From a virus, in IMG/VR virus record IMGVR_UViG_3300008997_000047: 55,812 nt of DNA. The stretch is one strand, 5' to 3'. This document shows positions 49,649-55,812 of the stretch, one piece after another. Under the pieces are notes generated by a model that saw only the letters and a program-made list of their open reading frames with translations, made no database searches and was not told the origin of the DNA. Each line of letters begins with the position of its first letter. Within the stretch, counting starts at the first letter, position 1. A program made the position numbers and the translations under genes.

Positions 49649-51283
49649 TTAGGGAGAGTGTTCAGGAGAAACAGGCCCCTGGGAAATGCGGGCCAGCAAC
49701 GAAGCGCGGGCCTCGGGGCTGTTGTCTACTCCTGCCAGGGCTCCTTCAATCTCCTGGGCTGCGTTGTCCTCGGCCACTTCTCCGACGTGGGGCAGCTTGT
49801 CCAAGAGCAGGTCAGCGACGTGTTCGTCCGCTGTTGCCCGGGCAATGATGTAGGACACGAGCACGGGCCGTGTTTGGCCCAGGCGGGCGAAGCGCCCCTC
49901 CCACTGAATCACCTTGTCCGGAGTCCAGGGGAGCATGGCGATGATGGCCAAGTCCGTGTCCTGCAAGTCGATACTCTCACCCCAGGCGTCTCCCGTGCCT
50001 ACGAGCAGCGAGGGCCCAGGTGAAGCCATGTACTCATTGCGGATGCGGTCCCGCTCGGCGGTGTCGGTCCCTCCGTGGGCCCACCAGATTTCTGCCTTGG
50101 GTACTCGGGCGAGACAGAACTTCTCCAGCTTCTCGGCCAGCCGTTCGCAGTCCAGGCGTCGGCCCGTGAAGACCACGACCTTTTGCCCGGCGCGGAGACA
50201 GTCAACGACCCGGTCTTGGATGTAGTTGTGCTTGCGGGAAGCAGCCTCCATCATCAGGGTTTCGAAGTAGGATTCCTGGTCGCCGCTCTTTGCTGCACGT
50301 TGGATCTCTCGCTTCATCGCTGCGGGCTTGTTCTGCTCTTGGACATTCAGTCGAATGATTTCCCTGCGCTTGGCTGGGAGGTGCTGGTTTACAGCGTCTC
50401 GGGTCACCCGGACCTTTACGAAGCCCAGGCGCTCGCGTAGTTCTTCTGCGTTGGTCAGCCCGTTGTACTGGTAGCCGTAGCCGGTGTGTTCTCCTCCGCA
50501 ATATCTCACACCGAAGTTGTGGAAGGTTCCCCACTGCCAGGGCTCTACCAGATCAAGTTGCGTCCATAGGTCGCGCACTCGGCCCGGGATGGGTGTGGCC
50601 GTGAGTCCGATGCTCCGGTTGCTCGCTTGGGCAATCTTCCGGGCAGCGTCGAGGCTGTTGCCCAGCCCCTTGAACTTGACGGAGCCGTCCTGCTGAACGA
50701 TGGCCTTGCAGTGCTTGGGCCTGCGGAGCCAGTGAATCTCATCCCACACGGTAATGCGGATGTGCTTGGAGAGGGCGTCTGCCCAATACTTGATAGTCTC
50801 CCATGCGGTGACGTAGATCACTTCCTTGCTCAGTTCAAAACCCAGTGGTGGCTTTTGTCCTAAGAGGAGCACGGGCTCCAGCGTCGTGTACCTGCGGATT
50901 TGTTCAACCCAGGTTCCCCGGGCAGCGGCTTTGGTTACCACGAGCCTCGGCCCAGAGGTGTTGACCATGACCACGAGGGCGGTCAGGGTCTTGCCTGCAC
51001 CGGGCGGGGCCCAGCCATGAGAGCCCGGGAGAGCAAGCATCTTCCGAATCATCTCTTTCTGGTGGGGCTTGGCGAACGTGTCCAGCCCAGGGGTAAGCCT
51101 CGGGCAAGTGAGCGCCTCGTGCAGAATCTCATCTGAAACTGTGTTCAGTGTGCTGGGCTCCCAGCCCAGGAGAGAATGTGCGTTGTGCGGTACGCGGAAT
51201 CCATTGCCCCGCTTGTTCTTCCATATGCCCGGGATGGTGATAGCCTCCGGGGGCACTTCATCCGTAAAGACGAAACGTCTCAT
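49649..51283 (-). CDS. SNF2/DEAD-like superfamily 2 helicase
   Basis: 544 aa. PPGAGKT, VWDEIHWL (DExH), GLTATP, and C-terminal WEGRFARLGQ (QxxGRxxRxGQ). Confidence 0.85.
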   Translation of the reverse strand: MRRFVFTDEVPPEAITIPGIWKNKRGNGFRVPHNAHSLLGWEPSTLNTVSDEILHEALTCPRLTPGLDTFAKPHQKEMIRKMLALPGSHGWAPPGAGKTLTALVVMVNTSGPRLVVTKAAARGTWVEQIRRYTTLEPVLLLGQKPPLGFELSKEVIYVTAWETIKYWADALSKHIRITVWDEIHWLRRPKHCKAIVQQDGSVKFKGLGNSLDAARKIAQASNRSIGLTATPIPGRVRDLWTQLDLVEPWQWGTFHNFGVRYCGGEHTGYGYQYNGLTNAEELRERLGFVKVRVTRDAVNQHLPAKRREIIRLNVQEQNKPAAMKREIQRAAKSGDQESYFETLMMEAASRKHNYIQDRVVDCLRAGQKVVVFTGRRLDCERLAEKLEKFCLARVPKAEIWWAHGGTDTAERDRIRNEYMASPGPSLLVGTGDAWGESIDLQDTDLAIIAMLPWTPDKVIQWEGRFARLGQTRPVLVSYIIARATADEHVADLLLDKLPHVGEVAEDNAAQEIEGALAGVDNSPEARASLLARISQGPVSPEHSP

Positions 51284-51294
51284 TGCTTTTCTCC

Positions 51295-53724
51295 TTAGTA
51301 GTTGTCGTCAGTGAGGGGCGCGAACATCACAAGGTTCCCTTCTTCTTCCTCCTCCTTCCAGGCAGCCCCGTGAACATTCACGTAGTAGTTCTCGCCTCGG
51401 TGCTTTTTCAGTTCCAGCCCATGGTTGGTTGTCGCTTCGTGCCGGAACTCACTTTCAGATACACGCCCGTGCTTCTCTCCTGTAGATTCGAGCCACGTTC
51501 GGAAGCAGCCGTACAGGTACATTGTGTGGACACTGGTTGTTCCTTTCGACACTTCGGTTGATCGGTTCACCACAAACTGCGGATTGGGCGGGCACTTCTG
51601 GGAAAGTGCAGGAAGCCCGAGGTAGTTGAGGTCGTCGATGAACCGTTCGGTGGTAGACTTGGAAAGCTCGATAAGATCCTTCTTCGCCTGCGTCTCGATG
51701 GGCCTGGAAAGGATTTGGACGTTCACACTCCGGCGGCGCATGTCGTAAGCGAATGCTGCAATCTCTTCCTGGAAAGCATCCGTGAACGTGCCGCCGTCCT
51801 CGCCCGTCTTGAAGAAGGATGAGAACTTGTCTCGATAGAACCTGCTCACCTGGGACGCCCGGAGGATTGTGTATCGCCGGTCGTTCTTCTCCACGTTGAT
51901 GGGCTTTGTCTTGTTTGAGGTCATCCACCACGTCATGCGGTTTGTTTCAGTTGTAGGCGCACAGTTAGGCAGGCGGCAGGAGACTGTCTCATCGGTGATG
52001 TAGGTCTTCATGGAAGCAGTGACGGAAGCGTTCCCTCGGCCTCCGATCTCCAGTTCATCTGCCAAGCACAAGAGCTTCAGGGCGAACGGGTTGAACGTGT
52101 CGCGCAGCCCACGGTCGGTGACCGTAGCGCAGTTCTCTCGTCCGATGACCTCTCTAAGGATGTTTCCGTACAAGGACTTCCCGATTCCCTGTTGGGGCGA
52201 CGTGGAAATGACAGCAATCATTCCTCGCTGCTCGGGATGCTGGATGAGGTTTGCTGTCCAATCAAGCAGCCAGTCGAGGGCTGCCGATTCGTGGCCCGTG
52301 AGTACCTGGACAATCTCATAGATATTCGGCCAACGAGATTGTTCGGTCACACCTTCCCCTTCTCGGGGCACCAGCCTGGGTTTTGCATAGAGGTTGAGCA
52401 TTAGACCTTCGTCCGTGGAAACTACAGGAGCGCCACGAGACTCGCAAACATAACCACGGGACTGGCGGGAGTGGGTGTCTCCGATCAGCGCCAAGACATG
52501 CTTGTGGCCCAGGGGAGTGGTATCGTTCCGTTCTCGGAGGCGGCCTTCCATGTAGTGATGGATGTCCCGCTCCTTCATGGGAGCGCCGACTTGCCACGCG
52601 TTGTCCTGGTATTCCACCCAGGCTTTGAGGCGTGTGCTGTAGGAAATGCTCTTCTCTACATGGAGCCTCACAGCGTTGGGCACTTCGGCCAGAATCTTGT
52701 TGGACTCTTCAAAGGTAGATGCTTTCTTCTTTTGATCGTCGGCTTCCCGGCTGGCCCAGAAGGTTCGCTGGGGGTGCTCTCCCTTGGCGTGTGCATGGTT
52801 CTGCGATTCGCAGCGCAAGCGCAAACGGAGATTCTTCGCCACGTCGATGTATGCACTCCCCGGGCTGGCTCCGGGTTCGATGGGGCACGCGCAGCGGAAG
52901 CGCCCGATGCGCTCATCCGGTTCTACACCACGCTCCAAGCACGCTTGCTGCTGGGCTATGCCTTCTTCCCACAGGTCTGCGACAGAGCGAACGCCTCCAC
53001 CGTCTCGGGGGGAGAGAGTGATGGCAAGGTTCAGCGGGACCTTCCGCTTTCCGTCTTCGCCGGGCCACGCGCTTAGATTAAGCTGCTGGGGCTTGGGAGG
53101 TTCTTCCATGATTTCATCCACACACAAAGGGGAGTCGGCTACTTCTAAGTAACCTTCGTATTCTACTTCGGGGTGCTGCACAGGGCAGACCCAAGTGCGA
53201 GAAAGATCGCTCGTGGATTTGTCGAGCCCATCGACGTAGCCCACGCGAATAGCTGCGTTCTCGTGAAGCCGCTTGAGGCACTGTGTTGCAGCGCGGCGAT
53301 TCCCCCTCGGGCCTTTCAGTTCCTCAATGGGGATGGCCCGGTCGAGGAAAAGGACAAGACGGTAACGTGGGTTCTCGGGCGTATGGCCCAGGGTGGTGTG
53401 GATCCCGTGGGCGAGCTTCACCTCTTCCTTGATGTGCTTGTGCAGCTTGGCGGGCGACCACTCCGGGTGATCATAGTCAAGCACCAGGGCAGTGATAGCT
53501 CGAACGTTCTTGTCGTTGCGGCGGCCTTCGTCGAACACTGCCGGGTTCCACGTAGGCATCTTCTTCTTGGAGGCACTCGCCACACATTTCTTGGGAGCCC
53601 GGAAGAAACGGTCCAGCCAGTCCAAGTTATTGACAACCGCACTGGACAGGTTTACAGTGGTCATGCCTTTCTTGGCTACAGAAATGTGCCAGGGGAGGAA
53701 TGTCGGCTGGGTTCTTTTTTGCAT
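51295..53724 (-). CDS. Bifunctional primase-polymerase (PrimPol) / SF3 (D5/P4-type) helicase
   Basis: 809 aa. N-terminal LVLDYDH (DxD) and HGIHTT. C-terminal Walker A PQQGIGKS and Walker B LLCLADELE. Confidence 0.85.
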   Translation of the reverse strand: MQKRTQPTFLPWHISVAKKGMTTVNLSSAVVNNLDWLDRFFRAPKKCVASASKKKMPTWNPAVFDEGRRNDKNVRAITALVLDYDHPEWSPAKLHKHIKEEVKLAHGIHTTLGHTPENPRYRLVLFLDRAIPIEELKGPRGNRRAATQCLKRLHENAAIRVGYVDGLDKSTSDLSRTWVCPVQHPEVEYEGYLEVADSPLCVDEIMEEPPKPQQLNLSAWPGEDGKRKVPLNLAITLSPRDGGGVRSVADLWEEGIAQQQACLERGVEPDERIGRFRCACPIEPGASPGSAYIDVAKNLRLRLRCESQNHAHAKGEHPQRTFWASREADDQKKKASTFEESNKILAEVPNAVRLHVEKSISYSTRLKAWVEYQDNAWQVGAPMKERDIHHYMEGRLRERNDTTPLGHKHVLALIGDTHSRQSRGYVCESRGAPVVSTDEGLMLNLYAKPRLVPREGEGVTEQSRWPNIYEIVQVLTGHESAALDWLLDWTANLIQHPEQRGMIAVISTSPQQGIGKSLYGNILREVIGRENCATVTDRGLRDTFNPFALKLLCLADELEIGGRGNASVTASMKTYITDETVSCRLPNCAPTTETNRMTWWMTSNKTKPINVEKNDRRYTILRASQVSRFYRDKFSSFFKTGEDGGTFTDAFQEEIAAFAYDMRRRSVNVQILSRPIETQAKKDLIELSKSTTERFIDDLNYLGLPALSQKCPPNPQFVVNRSTEVSKGTTSVHTMYLYGCFRTWLESTGEKHGRVSESEFRHEATTNHGLELKKHRGENYYVNVHGAAWKEEEEEGNLVMFAPLTDDNY

Positions 53725-53784
53725 TGGGTTCCTTAGTCGGCCGGTCTCGGAGCTACAGGGGTGTGGCTCCGGGGCCTTCTTAGT

Positions 53785-53907
53785 TTAGAGGGTGGCGGTG
53801 GAAGGGGCCAGGAAAGGCCCGTGGTTGCGGATACCTTGGAGGGCTTCCAGAAGCTCGCTCACGGAAGGAAGCTTCCTCTCGAAAGCATGAGAGTAGGGGT
53901 GCTGCAT
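53785..53907 (-). CDS. Possible 40-aa ORF (MQHPYSHAFERKLPSVSELLEALQGIRNHGPFLAPSTATL)
   Basis: Translated by hand. Starts 2 nt after the stop of 53910..54335. No clear RBS. Confidence 0.25.
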   Translation of the reverse strand: MQHPYSHAFERKLPSVSELLEALQGIRNHGPFLAPSTATL

Positions 53908-53909
53908 TG

Positions 53910-54335
53910 TCATTCCGAGGAGGGGGGATTGCGGAAGACTTGTGGGGCGAGGTCAGAGGAACACCATATCACAGGGCGCTCCTCTCCTCTCCGCTGTTGT
54001 TTGCGGACGAACCCACTGGCCCGGAGAAGTTTGCCCAGGCGGACTTTGATGCGGCGCGTACCTCGAAAGCGCGGGTCGAGTGCGCTCTCCTCGATTAGTT
54101 GATCAATCAGTTCATCCAGTTCGAACCCGTGCTGGCACCGGTCGAGCCCGTGGGCAGAGAGGAGGGCTGCGTCGGGACAGAAGGTCTCCAAAGAATCAGG
54201 AGCCGGAGGCTTCCAGGTTTCGAGGGCAGCGAGGGCAGCTTCAATGGGCGTGATGTTTGGGCCCATCTGCTTAGCTACCTCTCGGGCTTTGGTGATCATC
54301 TGCTGTTGGAGGGCGAGGGATTCTTGTGCGGTCAT
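53910..54335 (-). CDS. Hypothetical protein upstream of the primase-helicase
   Basis: 141-aa ORF. RBS CAGGAGACACC. C-terminal basic segment RIKVRLGKLLRASGFVRKQQRRG. Confidence 0.6.
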   Translation of the reverse strand: MTAQESLALQQQMITKAREVAKQMGPNITPIEAALAALETWKPPAPDSLETFCPDAALLSAHGLDRCQHGFELDELIDQLIEESALDPRFRGTRRIKVRLGKLLRASGFVRKQQRRGEERPVIWCSSDLAPQVFRNPPSSE

Positions 54336-54368
54336 GGTGTCTCCTGCCGGGAGGTTTGGGGGAAATGT

Positions 54369-54397
54369 ATGTTAACTCGGAGGTTGTTGGGGTGCAA
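54369..54397 (-). promoter_or_regulatory. Candidate sigma70-like promoter TTGCAC-17-TAACAT for 53910..54335 and downstream genes
   Basis: Minus strand reads TTGCAC (54397..54392), a 17-nt spacer, then TAACAT (54374..54369), about 30 nt before the ATG. Confidence 0.3.
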
Positions 54398-54400
54398 GTC

Positions 54401-54527
54401 ATTAGGATGGCCTCCCCCCCTCTGGAGCATAGGGGAGAAAAGGGGGGAACTTACTTGGTATTGTACTCTAAGTAAGTAAGTTCAGCTTTTTTTGAAAGAC
54501 CTTCCCGAGGGTGGGGGCCATCCTAAT
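54401..54527. other. Nested inverted repeats enclosing an AT-rich core
   Basis: Outer arms ATTAGGATGGCC(T)CCCCC and GGGGGCCATCCTAAT. Inner arms GAACTTACTT (54447..54456) and AAGTAAGTTC (54474..54483), followed by T7 (54487..54493). Confidence 0.6.
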
Positions 54528-54592
54528 GAGATCGACGTAAGTACCTGGAATCGTTGAAGTCTGCTTCATTAGACTGTCGGGTGAGGGGCCCT

Positions 54593-54664
54593 CCAAGTTC
54601 AGCGCGGGGGAACTTGAAAAGGTACTTGCCAAGTTCATTCCCAAGTTCAGCGCGGGGGAACTTG
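54593..54664. repeat. Two identical 24-nt hairpin units CCAAGTTC-AGCGCGGGG-GAACTTG, 48 bp apart, plus a third CCAAGTTCA half-site
   Basis: Units at 54593..54616 and 54641..54664 are identical. CCAAGTTCA also occurs at 54629..54637, within the palindrome ACTTGCCAAGT. Confidence 0.85.
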
Positions 54665-54791
54665 GATCGGTAGTCAGGCGCAGGACCACCTACTCTTCTG
54701 GGCTAAGGGGGAGGGCCAGATAAAACATGGAATGTATGAAGGGACAGGGGCCCGAAGACCCCTGCCCCGAGTGTTCGCCAGCCGTCTCGGG

Positions 54792-55631
54792 CTATGCACT
54801 TATGGCTTGCATGAGGGCGAGCGCAGCGGTGGCTTCCACCTCGTCCGCACGGTCCCGCAGTTCCTTGAATGACTTCTGGAAGATGCCTTCATACCGTTGG
54901 AGGTACTCGTCCAGTTCCTGGGCCATGGTTTCACGGGACTTGAGCGCCCGCTTGCCGAGGTCACCCGACTCGATGGATTCTGCCAGGGCATCAAGCTTGG
55001 CTTGCACCTGGGTGATGACTGCATCACAGACAGCATCCACAGTCTCGGGCTCGGTGGTGGTGCGGAGCAAGTACATCTTGTTTCCAGAGTTCGCACCCTC
55101 AATCACCCGGGCCACCTGTTCCCACTTGGGCACGTCCTCCTCGGCCAGCCAGTAGAATCCACCGGATGGGCGGAGGGACACTCCCTTCAAGGATTCAACA
55201 CAGCGGACAAGGATCTGCCCCATCTGGGCGGCGGGCACCTTGCCCTTCTCCAAGGCAAACTCTTCCCGCACACGCTGGATGAGAAAGTGATCTCCCGGGC
55301 GGAAGACAAGGTACGCCTCGCCTCCCATGTGGCTGGGGTAGATGATCAGGACTTGCATCTGCTGCTCATGCACCATGTCCCCGTTGTCGTCGGTGCTTTC
55401 GTGGATGACTGCAAACCCAGCCTTCCCTTCCAGCGGACGGATCAACTGGCGTCGGCCAGGGTACACAGTTGCCAGGGCTCGACGGAGCGACGGCTTGTCC
55501 GTCATCTCTACGGGCACGCAGTGACTCAGGCCAGCAGGCTTGAGCCCGTCGTGGACTACATCCAGTGGCGTACCGTCAGTCAGGGACCAGTACCCGATGA
55601 CTCCATTCAGTTTCAGTTCTCGATGTTGCAT
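54792..55631 (-). CDS. Hypothetical 279-aa protein, immediately downstream (across the junction) of the VWA gene
   Basis: ORF is open to 55667. ATG 55631 follows GAGGAAAGAAC. The 20-nt start region is identical to that of the VWA gene. C-terminal coiled coil. No family recognised with certainty. Confidence 0.65.
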   Translation of the reverse strand: MQHRELKLNGVIGYWSLTDGTPLDVVHDGLKPAGLSHCVPVEMTDKPSLRRALATVYPGRRQLIRPLEGKAGFAVIHESTDDNGDMVHEQQMQVLIIYPSHMGGEAYLVFRPGDHFLIQRVREEFALEKGKVPAAQMGQILVRCVESLKGVSLRPSGGFYWLAEEDVPKWEQVARVIEGANSGNKMYLLRTTTEPETVDAVCDAVITQVQAKLDALAESIESGDLGKRALKSRETMAQELDEYLQRYEGIFQKSFKELRDRADEVEATAALALMQAISA

Positions 55632-55664
55632 TGTTCTTTCCTCACGATGCTTGATTGCACCAGA

Positions 55665-55692
55665 CAACCCACCGACCGGAGCCGATGGGTTG
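55665..55692 (-). other. Stem-loop CAACCCA-N14-TGGGTTG after the VWA gene stop
   Basis: 7-bp inverted repeat read directly. No U tract. Confidence 0.3.
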
Positions 55693-55693
55693 C

Positions 55694-55812
55694 AGGGAGA
55701 ATCAACTACCCTGGGCTAATCCTCAATCTGCACGGTCTTGGCCCATGAGGGCACGCGTTCAATCCATGAACTCTTGCCGACGGCGCAGACTACCAGGGGC
55801 ACAGGACACCTC
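55694..55812. repeat. Terminal direct repeat, right copy (identical to 1..119)
   Basis: Same 119 bases as the window start. Confidence 0.95.

Noticed and set aside
54099-54493. Plus-strand ORF 54099..54479 (126 aa) ending just before the plus-strand hairpin and T7, considered as a real rightward gene.
   Set aside because: Most of it is antisense to the better-supported 53910..54335 gene. It has no RBS and a Gly/Leu/Arg-rich composition. The hairpin and T-run are more simply part of the structured non-coding region.
54593-54664. Possible mini-CRISPR array (identical 24-nt palindromic repeats).
   Set aside because: There are only two full copies. The 24-nt spacer itself contains a partial repeat, and there are no cas genes. 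An iteron or operator array explains it better.

Overview
The window is one complete, GC-rich genome of a tailed dsDNA phage. Its first 119 bases are repeated exactly as its last 119 bases, so the non-redundant unit is 55,693 bp, either circular or terminally redundant. I found no rRNA, tRNA, CRISPR array, integrase or transposase. Coding falls into three blocks. (1) A leftward block (7106 down to 23, continuing across the window junction to 55631..54792) holds many small, translationally coupled genes separated by hairpins and recurring sequence boxes. It ends in a module of MoxR-like AAA ATPase, Cys/His-rich protein and VWA/HExxH protein. (2) A rightward morphogenesis and lysis block (about 7695..41459) holds three unknown genes with recurrent junction motifs, the large terminase, a 1131-aa ORF, portal, Zn-ribbon, acidic protein, scaffold-like protein, major capsid, decoration-like protein, tail/nozzle-size proteins and three genes of 213-235 aa. 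It continues with a 159/750/2009-aa triad that resembles podovirus internal core (ejectosome) proteins, fibre-like proteins and a lysis cassette. (3) A leftward replication and recombination block (55631 down to 41460) holds a PrimPol-SF3 helicase, SNF2 helicase, Cas4-like PD-(D/E)XK exonuclease, AAA_24/Sak4-like ATPase, SSB-like protein and a UDG-exonuclease-PolA fusion. It ends in a tightly coupled four-gene cassette: TIR/NDT-like protein, XRE HTH, SMC/ABC-type ATPase and winged-helix protein. The best candidates for something undescribed are that four-gene cassette and the ATPase/VWA module that wraps the genome junction. Also notable are a densely structured 450-bp non-coding region (54336..54791) that looks like an origin or ncRNA locus, an ART-fold-like domain in a gene upstream of the terminase, and several families of short regulatory repeats. 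All functional calls come from motifs read by eye and from gene order; no database search was run.
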